Under the pieces are notes generated by a model. It saw only the letters and a list, made by a program, of their open reading frames with translations, had not been told where the DNA came from and did no database searches. A DNA stretch of 64,000 nt from Negativicutes bacterium. Lineage in GTDB: Bacteria > Bacillota > Negativicutes > UBA1444. The DNA lies in the NCBI GenBank assembly GCA_963665275.2, contig CAXXIN010000016.1:96001-160000 (forward strand). Direction: 5' to 3'. A program made the translations under genes and the position numbers. Of this stretch, positions 39,159 to 50,193 are shown in pieces; the first letter of the stretch is position 1; each line of letters begins with the position of its first letter.

Positions 39159-40417
39159 GCGAGCACCTCCTTCGGTTCGGCAATGCGGCCCATGACCGCA
39201 CTGGCGGCTGCGACTGCCGGGCTGGCCAGATATACTTCGCTGTCAACATGTCCCATGCGGCCGCGGAAATTGCGATTGGTGGTGGAAACACAACGTTCAC
39301 CGGCGGCCAGAATTCCCATGTACCCTCCCAGGCAAGGCCCGCAGGTCGGTGTGCTGACAACGGCGCCTGCTTCAATGAACTGGGCAATGTAGCCGCGTTT
39401 CATAGCTTCCATATATACTTCCTGCGTGCCGGGAATAATAATGGCCCGGATATTTGGATGGATTTTGCGGCCGGCAATGATTTTCGCGGCCTGTTCCAGA
39501 TCATCGATGCGGCCATTGGTGCAGGATCCGATGACTACTTGGTCGATAATTATTTCAGGCAGTTCCGCAACCGGCTTTACATTTTCCGGCAGATGCGGTA
39601 ATGCGACGACCGGACGGAGAGCAGAGAGATCGATTTGGATTTCGCGCGCATACACCGCATCCGGATCGGAAGTATAAACTTGATATGGATGAGTTGTGCG
39701 TGCCCTCAGATACTCGACGGTTTTTTCATCTACAGGGAAAATTCCGTTTTTACCGCCGGCTTCAATGGCCATATTGGAAATGGTGAACCTGTCGGCCATC
39801 GACAGATTGGCAACGCCGGGACCGCTGAACTCGAGAGCCTGGTAACGGGCGCCGTCGACACCGATGCGACCGATGAGCGTCAGAATGACATCCTTGCCGC
39901 TCACCCATTCCGGCAGCGTGCCAAAGAGCTCGACTTTAATCGTCGAAGGAACCTTGAACCAGGTATCGCCGGTAGCCATTGCCGCGCCGAGATCTGTTCC
40001 GCCAACACCGGTCGCGAAAGCGCCGATCGCGCCGTAGGTGCAAGTGTGTGAGTCGGCTCCGATGATGACTTCGCCAGGACGGACCCAGCCCATTTCCGGC
40101 AACAGAACATGCTCGATGCCCATGCGGCCAACTTCAACATAATGGCTGATTTTATGCTTGCGGGCGAAATCGCGCATGACTTTGGCCTGTTCAGCAGATT
40201 TGATGTCTTTGTTCGGGATGAAGTGGTCTGGAATCAGAGCTATTTTGTCCGGATCGAACACCGCTCGCCCGATCTTGTCGAATTCAGGAATGGCCTGCGG
40301 CCCAGTGATGTCGTTTGCAAGCAAAAAATCGACCTTAGCGCGGATCAGTTGACCCGGCTCGACTTTTTCGCATCCGGCGTGCGCCGCCAGAATTTTTTCT
40401 GTCATCGTCATTCCCAT
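39155..40417 (-). CDS. leuC: 3-isopropylmalate dehydratase large subunit
   Basis: [29 protein letters not shown]. Confidence 0.92.
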   Translation of the reverse strand: MGMTMTEKILAAHAGCEKVEPGQLIRAKVDFLLANDITGPQAIPEFDKIGRAVFDPDKIALIPDHFIPNKDIKSAEQAKVMRDFARKHKISHYVEVGRMGIEHVLLPEMGWVRPGEVIIGADSHTCTYGAIGAFATGVGGTDLGAAMATGDTWFKVPSTIKVELFGTLPEWVSGKDVILTLIGRIGVDGARYQALEFSGPGVANLSMADRFTISNMAIEAGGKNGIFPVDEKTVEYLRARTTHPYQVYTSDPDAVYAREIQIDLSALRPVVALPHLPENVKPVAELPEIIIDQVVIGSCTNGRIDDLEQAAKIIAGRKIHPNIRAIIIPGTQEVYMEAMKRGYIAQFIEAGAVVSTPTCGPCLGGYMGILAAGERCVSTTNRNFRGRMGHVDSEVYLASPAVAAASAVMGRIAEPKEVLA

Positions 40418-40424
40418 ACTATTT

Positions 40425-41981
40425 TCATTCCTCCTGCTGCTGCGTTTTGGTTTCGGCAGGTCGCCCGCAGGCGGCCACCATTTTGTTGATTGCGTTCAGA
40501 TAAGCGCGGGCGCTGGCTTCCACTACGTCAGTGCTTAACCCGCGGCCGACGAAAACTTGATTTTCACACTCTACCCAGGCAGTTGCTTCGCCGAGTGCAT
40601 CCTGACCGGAAGTGACTGCTTTCAATTGATAGTCCTTCAAATTTACGGCAAATCCGACAGCCGCATCGATCGCGTTAAAAACGGCGTCCACAGGACCATC
40701 CCCGACTGCCGCCTGCGAAATGGGTGGCTTTCCATCGATGGTGGTAAGTTTGACAAGGGCCATGGCAGGTCCCTGCGATCCACTGGTGACATGATGCCCG
40801 CTGAGCTGATAATATTCGAAGACAGCGATGGGCTTGTGTCCCACCAACGCTTCGATGTCCCGGTCGAAGACGGTTTTCTTGCGATCAGCCAGTTCCTTGA
40901 AGCGAACGAACAGCTCGTTGATCGTTTCGGCTGACAACTCATGACCCAGGGAGACCAAGCGCTCTTCGAAAGCGTGTCGACCGGAATGTTTGCCGAGGAC
41001 CAGAGCGTTCCGTTGCATGCCGACACTTTCCGGACTCATGATTTCATAGGTCAGGGAATTACTGAGGATGCCGTGCTGATGAATGCCTGACTCGTGCGCG
41101 AAGGCGTTGTCGCCGATTATCGCTTTGTTGGGAGGCGGTGTGAAGCCGGTGAGGTTTTGCACAATGCGGGAGGTCCGATAAATTTGCCGGGTATCCAGTC
41201 CTATTTCCACGCCGAAGTGTTCCTTGCGGGTGGCGAGCGCCATCGCGATTTCTTCGAGCGCCGCATTGCCTGCTCGTTCTCCCAGTCCATTGATCGTGCA
41301 TTCAACTTGGTCTGCTCCTGCCATGACTGCGGCGATAGAATTGGCGGCAGCCATGCCGAGATCATCATGGCAATGTACACTGATGACGGCTTTTTCGATG
41401 TCCGGAGTATTTTGCCGCAAATACGTGATGAGGCGGGCGAATTCGTCAGGCATGGCATAGCCGACGGTGTCGGGGACATTAATGACGGTAGCTCCTTCAC
41501 GGATTGCAACACCTAAAATTTCTGCCAAAAACGCCCAGTCGCTGCGTGAAGCGTCTTCGGCTGAGAATTCGACATCCGGCGTGAGTGTTCGTGCATAACG
41601 GACGGCCGTGGCAGCCGCATCCAGGACTTGTGCCCGGGACATTTTCAACTTGTGTTCCAGATGAATGTCGCTAGTAGCGATGAAAGTGTGAATTCGTGGA
41701 CGTTCCGCCTTGCGAATCCCCTCCCATGCCAGGTCGATATCCTTTTTGTTGGCTCTGGCCAGGCCCGCGATGGCGGGTCCTTTCACTCTGGCTGCGACTG
41801 CCTGGACGGCGGCGAGATCGCCGGGAGAAGCGGCGGGGAAGCCGGCTTCGATTACGTCAACTTTTAGACGGGCTAGGGCTAGGCCGATCTCGACCTTCTC
41901 TTCAACGCCCAGGCAAATGCCGGGACTTTGTTCTCCATCGCGCAGGGTTGTGTCAAAAAACTGAATTCGCCGAGTTCCCAT
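40425..41981 (-). CDS. leuA: 2-isopropylmalate synthase
   Basis: [39 protein letters not shown]-terminal regulatory domain; SD AAGGAGG before ATG 41981. Confidence 0.95.
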   Translation of the reverse strand: MGTRRIQFFDTTLRDGEQSPGICLGVEEKVEIGLALARLKVDVIEAGFPAASPGDLAAVQAVAARVKGPAIAGLARANKKDIDLAWEGIRKAERPRIHTFIATSDIHLEHKLKMSRAQVLDAAATAVRYARTLTPDVEFSAEDASRSDWAFLAEILGVAIREGATVINVPDTVGYAMPDEFARLITYLRQNTPDIEKAVISVHCHDDLGMAAANSIAAVMAGADQVECTINGLGERAGNAALEEIAMALATRKEHFGVEIGLDTRQIYRTSRIVQNLTGFTPPPNKAIIGDNAFAHESGIHQHGILSNSLTYEIMSPESVGMQRNALVLGKHSGRHAFEERLVSLGHELSAETINELFVRFKELADRKKTVFDRDIEALVGHKPIAVFEYYQLSGHHVTSGSQGPAMALVKLTTIDGKPPISQAAVGDGPVDAVFNAIDAAVGFAVNLKDYQLKAVTSGQDALGEATAWVECENQVFVGRGLSTDVVEASARAYLNAINKMVAACGRPAETKTQQQEE

Positions 41982-42007
41982 GCTGTGTTCCTCCTTATGT
42001 TTTAATA

Positions 42008-42260
42008 TAGAAAATCCGCCCCTACCTGTCATATTACTGACAAGTAGGGGCGGATTGAATCGCGGTACCACCCTACATTATAACTTGGCCGGTTAACGCC
42101 CGGATACGCCGCATCCTACACATGTGTGCAACTAGCATTTGCGCATGTTTCGGATGAAGAGCTCATGGGTGAGTTTTCGCCCGGGGAGGGCACACCGGCT
42201 CGCAGCAACACCGGCTCTCTGAAGTGCCTGAATCCTAGGCTTTAGTCCCAATCATCGCTA
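42008..42260 (-). ncRNA. T-box leader (Leu, specifier CUC) with terminator
   Basis: Minus strand: AGAGAG/GCTG stem-I motifs, GAAAA-CTC-ACCC specifier, T-box GGGTGGTACCGCG, terminator CCGCCCCTAC...GTAGGGGCGG-ATTTT. Confidence 0.9.
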
Positions 42261-42306
42261 AAATTATTGGATATACCCTTGTGTCTTCTTTAAGGATTTT
42301 GTATAC

Positions 42307-42335
42307 ATTATCGCAGCGATTGCGGGCTAAGTCAA
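42307..42335 (-). promoter_or_regulatory. Sigma-A promoter of the leu operon
   Basis: TTGACT-17-GATAAT on the minus strand. Confidence 0.55.
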
Positions 42336-42520
42336 GCATAAGTGTAAAATTGGCATAAGGCCATATGTCGGTCTTGTCTAATGCAATGAAAAACGATACT
42401 ATCGGGGCATGGTATCATAGAAGAATGAAAAAACGTTTGAGCGTTGACAGGAATTTTATGTTTGATGGCAAATTTAAACTAAGTACGGAAAATCCATGAT
42501 CTTATTAAACTTGAAGCTGG

Positions 42521-44065
42521 ATGGTGTGGAGGGATTTTCAGACTATGCATGATGGACGCCTTTTGACCTGGCGGGCGGCAGCTCTGGCAATTGTACTGAT
42601 AGTGGGCCAATGTTTTCCGTTGTTTGCGGCTTCGCCTACCGTATATGATTTTCGGCTGACGCAAGGAGTTGCGAAACTTTCTGCGATCAAAGCGTACGTT
42701 GATATAATAGGCGCGGGGGATGTGCCGGTAAAAGGCTTGCAAATGGAAGGGTTGAAGGCTCAAATCGGAGCAATGCCGGTAAAGGTGACCAACATTGTTC
42801 CGTTTGAGGATGCTAAAGAAGGAATCGGTTATGTTTTACTGGTCGATGTCTCCAAATCCCTGTCAGCGGCGCAGTTTTCCCTGATGCAAGAAACCCTCGC
42901 CGCATTTGTTGATGCGATGTCGGATCTTGACCAGGCGGCGCTGGTTACCTTCGGCAGCGAAGTGAAGCTTATTCAGGATTTTTCGCCGAACCGTGGAAAA
43001 ATCAAGGAAAAAATTGCTTCAATTGCCCCATCCGAAGACGAAACCGCTTTTTATGGAGGTCTGGACAAGGCGATTACGGTGGCTAGGGCCGGTAGTGCGG
43101 AAGTCCCGGCTCGCCGGGTTGTGATCACGCTTACTGATGGGGTCAACGATTTAACAGGGGGTGTTACTAAAGGAGATATTTCGGCCAAGTTATCGACTGA
43201 CCCGGTTCCCTTGTATTTGGTCGGATACGTGCAGGGAAAACCAACACCGGAGGAAGAAAGCGCCATTGGCATTATGAAGGGTTTTGCCAGTCAATCGGGT
43301 GGACGTTTCTATGATGGTCGTGGTGGAGCCTGGCGCGGAATTTATTTCGCCGTTACGCGTTCCATTCGCAGCTCTTTTGTGGTTGAATTGGATGCAACAG
43401 GATTTCGTTCGGAAGGGGCAGTGTATCCTTTAGAACTGTCTCTGTTGGCAGCCAACCGGACTTGGACGTCAAAACTGCAACTGACGGTGCCCGCAGGGGG
43501 TACTCCTGCTGCACCGCATGGAGAATCCACCCCGGCAGCGCAACAGAAGACGGGACAGAATAACCCGGATGCAAATGTGTGGCTGTATGTAGGAATCGTT
43601 GTTGCGTTAACTGGAATCGGATGGTTTTGGACCCGGCGACGTTCCGCAGTGAAGAGCTTCGGCAGGGACGCCGATGTTGCTTCGCCGATGCAGCGAGTTC
43701 AATCTTTCGCCGATGCGAGGAATCCGCTTCCCGTGGGCGAGACCCCGGAACTCCCGGGAGTGCTTACGCGTTTGACGCGCATTCACGAAGGTCCGCCGCC
43801 GCATCAATTTGAGCTGGAAATTGTCGATCGGGTTATCCTCGGCCGTGATCCAGCGGTGAGCCAGCTGGTCTTTGAACATGATGAAACCATATCGCCATCG
43901 CATTGTGAAATTCTTTTTGAAAATGGATTCCTGTATGTGCAAGATTTGGAATCGGCACAGGGCACTTTTCTTAACGGGATGCCTCTGACAACCCGCCGGC
44001 GGATTGAAGAAGCTGATGTGTTGAGGATCGGTCAAATAGAGATGAGAATTACTTTTCCGAGCTGA
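42521..44065 (+). CDS. Exported VWA domain - TM - cytoplasmic FHA protein
   Basis: Signal peptide; MIDAS DVSKS, ETAFY, LTDG; TM VWLYVGIVVALTGIGWFW; FHA ILGRD..ISPSHC..DLESAQGTFLNG; start may be 42545. Confidence 0.85.
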   Translation: MVWRDFQTMHDGRLLTWRAAALAIVLIVGQCFPLFAASPTVYDFRLTQGVAKLSAIKAYVDIIGAGDVPVKGLQMEGLKAQIGAMPVKVTNIVPFEDAKEGIGYVLLVDVSKSLSAAQFSLMQETLAAFVDAMSDLDQAALVTFGSEVKLIQDFSPNRGKIKEKIASIAPSEDETAFYGGLDKAITVARAGSAEVPARRVVITLTDGVNDLTGGVTKGDISAKLSTDPVPLYLVGYVQGKPTPEEESAIGIMKGFASQSGGRFYDGRGGAWRGIYFAVTRSIRSSFVVELDATGFRSEGAVYPLELSLLAANRTWTSKLQLTVPAGGTPAAPHGESTPAAQQKTGQNNPDANVWLYVGIVVALTGIGWFWTRRRSAVKSFGRDADVASPMQRVQSFADARNPLPVGETPELPGVLTRLTRIHEGPPPHQFELEIVDRVILGRDPAVSQLVFEHDETISPSHCEILFENGFLYVQDLESAQGTFLNGMPLTTRRRIEEADVLRIGQIEMRITFPS

Positions 44066-44138
44066 TGGTGAAAGGGTGTTGCTTCAGTGAATCAGGGAAG
44101 GTTAACCCGAACGGACTAAAAATTGGAAGGTGGTAAAA

Positions 44139-45478
44139 ATGTTGAAACAAAGAAAGGGAACACTGCATAAACCATGGTGTAAGTTCCTGGCATTGGCGTT
44201 GGCAATGGTTGTTATAGCGGTTACTGCAGTGCTACCGGTTGTTTCGGCGGCAGCCGAGGCCGATATCGAAACCATGAAAAATAGTTCCGTCCGGGTTCTG
44301 ATTACACAGGGTGGCAAACTACTGGGCAAAGGAAGCGGGTTTGTCATCGATGATGGAAAACACATCGTGACCAATTATCATGTTGTCGAAGCTGTTGAAA
44401 AAGAAGGGGCACAGGCGTGGGTAGCTCTCGGTCGGGGGCGTGATATGCTGCGGGCTCTGGAAATTCGGGCTACCTCTCAAGCCAACGATATTGCGGTGTT
44501 ATCAGTCGATCAGAAACTGGCCAAACCCAGCGTGAAGCTGGTTCGGCGCGATGACATAAAAGCCGCCGAGAGTGTTATTGCGGTTGGCTTTCCAGGCACC
44601 AGCGACCGAGTCGATGAAGATTGGCCGAATGCGCCGGCTACGCCTACTCCCGGTCAGGTCGTTCAGAAGCTGCGGCTCGGTGGGGGCGCACATATGATCC
44701 AAATAACTGCGGATATTAATCCTGGGGAATTCCGGAGGTCCAGTGTTCAATAGTCGCGGCTATGTCATCGGCATGTCCACATTGAAAGGCAGATCCTCTT
44801 CCCTGAACTATGCGGTTGATGCTGATGAAATCATGGAAGTTGTCAAACGGACGAATGCGGTAGCGGAATTAGCGCCCGCTGCCGGGGCGATAGCTGGCAG
44901 CAAAGATGCACCGGTGGCGCCGGTAGCCACTGAAACCAAGCCTGTACAGCAGCCCGCGCCTGAGCCTTTCTATCAGAATCCGATGTTTATCGGCGGGGCC
45001 GTAGTCGTTATCATTTTGATCGGCATTGCCGGATTCATGATGTCACGGAAAAAGAACTCGCCACAGCAAATGCAGATGCCTATGCAGCACCAGATGCCGC
45101 AGCAACAAATTCCACAGGGAATGCCGAGTGCGCCAAAGCCCACGGTAGCAGCTGCTGTTCACCACTCCACGGTCACCGGCGTCAGCGGTTTTTTTGCCGG
45201 CAAGACCATTTGAAATCCCCAGTGGACGGCCTATGCTTATCGGTAGGGATCCGCAACAGGCTCAACTGGTGTTTCCTGCCGACATGAGCGAAATCAGTCG
45301 GGTGCACTGCATTGTGACATTTGATGCTGCTACTCAGTCTTTCACGGTTGAAGACCGATCCACGAACGGAACCTTCTTCGTTAATGGGCAAAAGATCAAT
45401 GGGCAGGCGCGGTTGCGTTCCGGTGAGCGGTTCTATCTCAGTGAACCTACCCATCTGTTCGAGCTGCGCGCCGATTGA
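44139..45478 (+). pseudogene. Trypsin-like serine protease - TM - FHA protein, split by two +1 frameshifts (possibly sequencing artefacts)
   Basis: GSGF, VTNYHV, NDIAVL; deleting one G at 44724-27 restores NPGNSGGP; TM FIGGAVVVIILIGIAGF; deleting one T near 45189-45211 joins the FHA (IGRD..ISRVHC..STNGTF). Confidence 0.8.
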
Positions 45479-45480
45479 AG

Positions 45481-46225
45481 ATGCGAATGGATTCAGCCTG
45501 TCTGTCGAAGGGTTGGCGGGCGCAAGTCGAATCAGGATGCATATGGGGCTGAGAGCAACGAGGCCGGCGGGTGCTGGCTCGTTGCTGATGGCCTTGGCGG
45601 TCATGCGGGAGGGGAAGTTGCTTCACACATTGCTGTCGATCTTGTGCGGGCTCGTTTCCGCGAAGATTCGGCAGTATCGATGCAATTCGTTTCCGACTGC
45701 TTCCAAATAGTTCAGAGTGCGATTCGAGAAAAAGCTGCGGAAGATTTCAGCCTTTCGGGGATGCGGACAACGATGGTTTTGTTGGCCTGTAACCAAGCGA
45801 ACGCCGTATGGGGCCATGTTGGCGATTCACGGCTCTATTGGTTTCGCCAGGGGGCTCTCCTGCAACAGACCCGTGACCATAGTGTGCCGCAAATGCTTGT
45901 AGATGCAGGGAAAATCAGCCTACAGCAGATTCGGGGGCATGAGGATCAGAATCGCTTGACCCGTGCCTTGGGACAGGAAGGCGAGCTTCGTCCAACCCTT
46001 CTGGCGGAAAGCTTCCCAATTCAGGATGGAGACGCTGCCTTGCTTTGTAGTGATGGTGTCTGGACTTATGTGCTGGAGCCGGAAATGGAGGCTGATCTTT
46101 CGCTGTCACGTTCGGCAGAGGAGTGGCTGGAGCGATTGGAAGAGCGAATATTGCAGCGGGCAACGGGGCCCTATGACAACTACACCGCCATTGCGGTTTT
46201 GTTTCAAGGAGCAATCAAAACATGA
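45481..46225 (+). pseudogene. PP2C (Stp1-like) Ser/Thr phosphatase with a +1 frameshift near the 5' end
   Basis: ATG 45481; deleting one G at 45510-12 gives MRMDSACLSKVGGRKSNQD..VADGLGGHAGGEVAS continuing into HVGDSRLY, LCSDG, DNYT. Confidence 0.8.
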
Positions 46226-47004
46226 CTGACAGGACAAACGCACCCTGCGGGGTGGTTCCCGGCAATGCGCAGCATATTGGCGCGCGTAGCGAACAGCAGG
46301 ATTCTTTCGGTTTTTCGGATTTTGACAATGCAGATTTCATCAAGCATGCCGGTATCCTGTCCGTAGTGGCTGATGGGATGGGCGGACTTGCCCTGGGCAA
46401 GGACTCCAGCGCGATCGCCGTGCAAACCTTTCTGGCAACTTATGCGGAAAAAGAGCCTGACGAGAAGATCACCGCAGTTCTTGACAAGAGTCTGCATAGC
46501 GCAAATCGGGCCGTCAACCGAAGGGCGGCGGAGGCAGGAGTAGAGGGAGAAGCCGGAACTACGCTGGTGGCAGTGGTGATCCACGAGGGGAAACTTTATT
46601 GGATCAGCGCTGGCGACAGCCGAATCTATTTGTTCCGGCAGGGACTCTTGCGTCAGCTTACGACCGACTACAACTACGGCCGAGTTCTTGATCGCATGGC
46701 GGAAAAAGGGGAAATCAGCCTCGGCGAGGCGGCGTCTCACCCGTCGCGTGCTGCCCTTACCAGTTATCTGGGCAAAGCGGAAGTGGATGAATATGATCGA
46801 CCGTCAGATTCCACGCTGGAGTTGTTGTCAGGTGATAAAGTGCTACTGGCCAGTGATGGGCTGTTCGGTTTTTTGCCGGAAGAAGATATTATCAGGTTGA
46901 TGGCATCCGAACCGCAGCATGCGGCTGAAGCGTTAGTTCAGGGAACGGTTGCCAGACAACTTCCCTATCAAGATAACGTAACGGTCGCTGTTTTGGGGGT
47001 ATGA
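46222..47004 (+). CDS. PP2C Ser/Thr phosphatase (probably extends to 47332 with TM tail)
   Basis: GARSEQQD, VADGMGG, GTT, GDSRIY, LASDG, DNVT. Confidence 0.9.
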   Translation: MTDRTNAPCGVVPGNAQHIGARSEQQDSFGFSDFDNADFIKHAGILSVVADGMGGLALGKDSSAIAVQTFLATYAEKEPDEKITAVLDKSLHSANRAVNRRAAEAGVEGEAGTTLVAVVIHEGKLYWISAGDSRIYLFRQGLLRQLTTDYNYGRVLDRMAEKGEISLGEAASHPSRAALTSYLGKAEVDEYDRPSDSTLELLSGDKVLLASDGLFGFLPEEDIIRLMASEPQHAAEALVQGTVARQLPYQDNVTVAVLGV

Positions 47005-47332
47005 TCTACCGCTAGTACAAAATTTGGACCAGACGCAGACACGTAGGCAGGAACCGCAAAAAACAGCTGCAGCCAAGCCAACGCGAAAAGAACTCGTTGG
47101 CCGTGGCAAATGGATTAAGGCCGTTGGTCTCATCCTGGCCTTGGCGATAGCCGGTTTTTTCGGTGGACGTTATTTCGGCGCGCAAGGTCTGGCGCCGACA
47201 TCGTCCAAGCCTGTGGAAAATCCGACCGTCGAGGTTAGTCCGAAGAAGCCTGCCGAAAAGTCGGCAAATACGTCCGAGGACCCCCCGAAAAACGAGCCTT
47301 CAAAAGAATCTGGCAGTTCAGTGCCCCGGTGA
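47000..47332 (+). other. Probable C-terminal TM + Pro/Ser-rich tail of the preceding PP2C (+1 frameshift at G5 run 46995-46999)
   Basis: The +1 frame is open from 47000 (YDLPLVQNLDQTQ...) to 47332 and contains TM AVGLILALAIAGFFGG; no SD before the TTG at 47024. Confidence 0.6.
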
Positions 47333-47383
47333 TGGGGAAAAATTGAGGATGCTTTTATGCATACAGGAAAGGGGAATGAAAAC

Positions 47384-48049
47384 ATGGCCTTGATTCGTTG
47401 CCAACAGGGGCATTTCTATGATCCATCCCGACACAATGCGTGCCCATACTGCGGCAGTATGCCCGCTGGAGGAACCGGCGCCACAGAAGCTCAGCAGCAG
47501 CCGCCGATGCCGCCGCCTTTGGGCGGAGCTCCGTCTCCGGTAGGCGCAACGCGGCCGTTGCGTGATGTGCCGCAGCCAGTTATCGGGCCCACTGTGCCGC
47601 TTCGTCCGGCAGGCGTCCACCTGGGAGGCTCTCTCAAAGGGCCTGAGGAAGGCCGTACAGTGGCTGTTGACATGAAGAAAGTCGGGATTGATCCGGTGGT
47701 CGGCTGGCTGGTTTGTATCAAAGGACCTTCCCGAGGACGCGATTATCGCATTCGCAGTGGGCGGAACGGGATCGGACGGTCGGAAGCCATGGATGTTCAA
47801 ATCGCTGGAGATAATACAGTTTCCAGAGAGAATCACGCGTTCCTAGTCTACGAGCCTCGTAAACGCAGTTTCAGTATCCGCCCCGGCGATGGGAGGGGAC
47901 TGGTATATTTGAATGGGGATGAAGTCGTTCAGGCTTCCGACATCAAAGGGTATGACATTATAGAAATCGGAGAAACCCAACTGATGTTTGTACCGCTTTG
48001 TGGCGAAAAGTTTAACTGGGACCAGGGGAAAGAAGACGCGGCGGAATAA
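47384..48049 (+). CDS. Zn-ribbon + Pro-rich linker + FHA domain protein
   Basis: CQQGHFYD..CPYC; PVVGWLVC..GRNGIGRS..VSRENHA. Confidence 0.88.
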   Translation: MALIRCQQGHFYDPSRHNACPYCGSMPAGGTGATEAQQQPPMPPPLGGAPSPVGATRPLRDVPQPVIGPTVPLRPAGVHLGGSLKGPEEGRTVAVDMKKVGIDPVVGWLVCIKGPSRGRDYRIRSGRNGIGRSEAMDVQIAGDNTVSRENHAFLVYEPRKRSFSIRPGDGRGLVYLNGDEVVQASDIKGYDIIEIGETQLMFVPLCGEKFNWDQGKEDAAE

Positions 48050-48087
48050 TAGGACGCTGTTTGGAAAAACCAAGAGGAGTGTAGAGA

Positions 48088-49698
48088 TTGGGAACATGGG
48101 ATGCGCTATGTCCCGGGTGCTTTGCTGATAAAGGGAATGAGTCCGTCTGTCCATACTGCGGCTATGATGAGTCTGAACGACGCACCCCTTTGGTGTTGTC
48201 CTATCGCAGTGTTCTGAACGGACAATTTATCGTGGGCAAGGTGCTGGGGAAACCCGGTGGATTTGGCATTACATATCTCGGATGGGATATTAACCTTGCT
48301 ACGCTTGTCGCAGTCAAGGAGTATTTGCCGCGCGATTATGCCGGCCGAGATTCGGACCATGCCTCTGTTATGGCACATTCGCGCGAAGATGCGAGTTTGT
48401 TCCGCTTCGGTCTGGAGCAGTTCCTACAGGAAGCCCGTACATTGGCACGTTTCGATCATCCCAATGTTGTCAGGGTCCGCAGCTTTTTTGAACAGCACGG
48501 AACAGCCTACTTAGTCATGGACTATCTGCAAGGAGTGAATTTGGCGGAATATCTTCTTGCCATGGGCGGTCGCCTGACAGAACAGCAGGCTTGTGAGATT
48601 ATGATGCCGATCCTTGGCGGGTTGCAGGAAGTCCATGCAAAGGGATTCCTGCACCGAGATATCAAGCCGCAGAACATCTATGTTACGTCGTCCGGTAGAC
48701 CGATTTTGCTGGATTTTGGGGCAGCGCGCCAAGCAATGGGAGAACGCAGCCGCAGTCTCTCCGTCGTTCTAACCCCCGGTTTTTCACCGTATGAGCAATA
48801 TCACCGACGCGGTGAGCAAGGCCCTTGGACTGATATTTATGCGCTCGCGGCCACTTATTACTATCTGCTGACCGGGCATGCGCCGCCGGATGCGCCGGAA
48901 CGCGTTGCCATTGATGAGTTGGCGCCGCTAAATTCTTTGGTTCCTGGCATCTCGCCCGGTTTGAACGCGGCGATTATGCAGTCTCTTTCACTGGAGGCTG
49001 GCGCACGGCCGCAAGATGTTTTCATATTTCGCGGTCTAGTTAATGGGCAAATCGCACCAGCCATCCCCGCAGCTCCCTCTATTCCAAGCACGCCGCCGCC
49101 CCTGCCGCAGGCTATTACAACGGGGTTTTCTGCTCCTGGTTCACCCATCCTGGCAACTCCTCCTCTATCGGTGCAACCTTCTGTCGCGAAGGCTGCATCA
49201 ACGCCGCAACCCAATGTTTATTCGCCTCCGTCGCCAGTTCCTAACCGCGCCTATTCTCCACCGCCGCCCCCCCCTATGCCGGCGGACAGCAAACGACAGT
49301 CTTCGTCCGGGATAGGGCTTGTTGTGGGAGGCCTTGTTTTAGCCTTAGCAGTGGCAGGATGGTATTTCTTTGGAGGAACGAGTAAAGATAAACAGGCTTC
49401 GCCAGCTCCTGCATCAAAGCAAACTACCGCTCCCGCTTCGAACGTAGCCCCGCTTCCGTCAGAACAACCTACAAAGACTCAGCCTATAGCGCCGGCTCAA
49501 CCGGTTACGACAGATAAACCGGCGGTAGCTGTTCCTTCAAAGCCTGGCGAAGTAGATAAAACTCCATCAGAAGTATCTCCCGCTCCATCGGAGACGCCGG
49601 CTGCTCCGAGGCAGCAACCGGCAGTACGCACTCAGCCTCCCGCTGACAAACCGGCCACCCCCACTCCACCCAAAAGAGATAAAGGGTCGCTATGGTAA
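48088..49698 (+). CDS. Ser/Thr (Hanks) protein kinase with N-terminal Zn ribbon, TM and Pro-rich outer tail
   Basis: CPGC..CPYC; GKPGGFGITY, VAVKE, HRDIKPQN, DFG, TDIYAL; TM IGLVVGGLVLALAVAGWYFF. Confidence 0.93.
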   Translation: MGTWDALCPGCFADKGNESVCPYCGYDESERRTPLVLSYRSVLNGQFIVGKVLGKPGGFGITYLGWDINLATLVAVKEYLPRDYAGRDSDHASVMAHSREDASLFRFGLEQFLQEARTLARFDHPNVVRVRSFFEQHGTAYLVMDYLQGVNLAEYLLAMGGRLTEQQACEIMMPILGGLQEVHAKGFLHRDIKPQNIYVTSSGRPILLDFGAARQAMGERSRSLSVVLTPGFSPYEQYHRRGEQGPWTDIYALAATYYYLLTGHAPPDAPERVAIDELAPLNSLVPGISPGLNAAIMQSLSLEAGARPQDVFIFRGLVNGQIAPAIPAAPSIPSTPPPLPQAITTGFSAPGSPILATPPLSVQPSVAKAASTPQPNVYSPPSPVPNRAYSPPPPPPMPADSKRQSSSGIGLVVGGLVLALAVAGWYFFGGTSKDKQASPAPASKQTTAPASNVAPLPSEQPTKTQPIAPAQPVTTDKPAVAVPSKPGEVDKTPSEVSPAPSETPAAPRQQPAVRTQPPADKPATPTPPKRDKGSLW

Positions 49699-49739
49699 TT
49701 GAAATCGACAGGAGCAGCAATGAAAGGAGAGGTACGGGA

Positions 49740-50156
49740 ATGAAGTGGACAAGAAAGTTCGGGACAAAAGTGTTTTTGGCGTGCATGATTGGAATTTTTG
49801 CGATCAGCGGAACCGCTGCGGCTGACCCAGTGGTGTGGATGGGACCATCAGGAACTGGAGGTTGGAATGGATTCATGCAAGTGATCATGCAGCAGGATTA
49901 TCGTCTCCAGATGTCCAATGGGAATCCTTACTGGAATACGCTGATGCTGCCTGTAGGGGAGTCTTCACTATCAAGCGGCACATCTTCCTATATGGGAATG
50001 CCAGCCTTTGGATTTTGCGCCGCTCCCGGCCAGTGCTATATGGTGCTGGTACAGCGGCCTTTATCATACAGTTCCATGGCGTGTCCTCCGGTTCCACCGG
50101 CGGCTCCGGGGCCCAATACCCCCAACCAGTCAGGCAAACCCACTTCACTCTGGTAG
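49740..50156 (+). CDS. Small exported hypothetical protein
   Basis: SD AAAGGAGAGG; signal peptide ending AAA/DP; three Cys in the mature part; Pro-rich C-terminus. Confidence 0.6.
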   Translation: MKWTRKFGTKVFLACMIGIFAISGTAAADPVVWMGPSGTGGWNGFMQVIMQQDYRLQMSNGNPYWNTLMLPVGESSLSSGTSSYMGMPAFGFCAAPGQCYMVLVQRPLSYSSMACPPVPPAAPGPNTPNQSGKPTSLW

Positions 50157-50193
50157 ATCAAAGAACCCATATGAGAAAGGAAGGATTTTAAGG

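Noticed and set aside
14761-42056. Recurring GTC...ATGAC cap in three terminator hairpins (~14775, ~33782, ~42030)
   Set aside because: Too short and variable to call a repeat family from three cases
45321-45710. 129-aa ORF bridging the FHA and PP2C genes
   Set aside because: Artefact of the +1 frameshift; it contains only the first ~10 real PP2C codons
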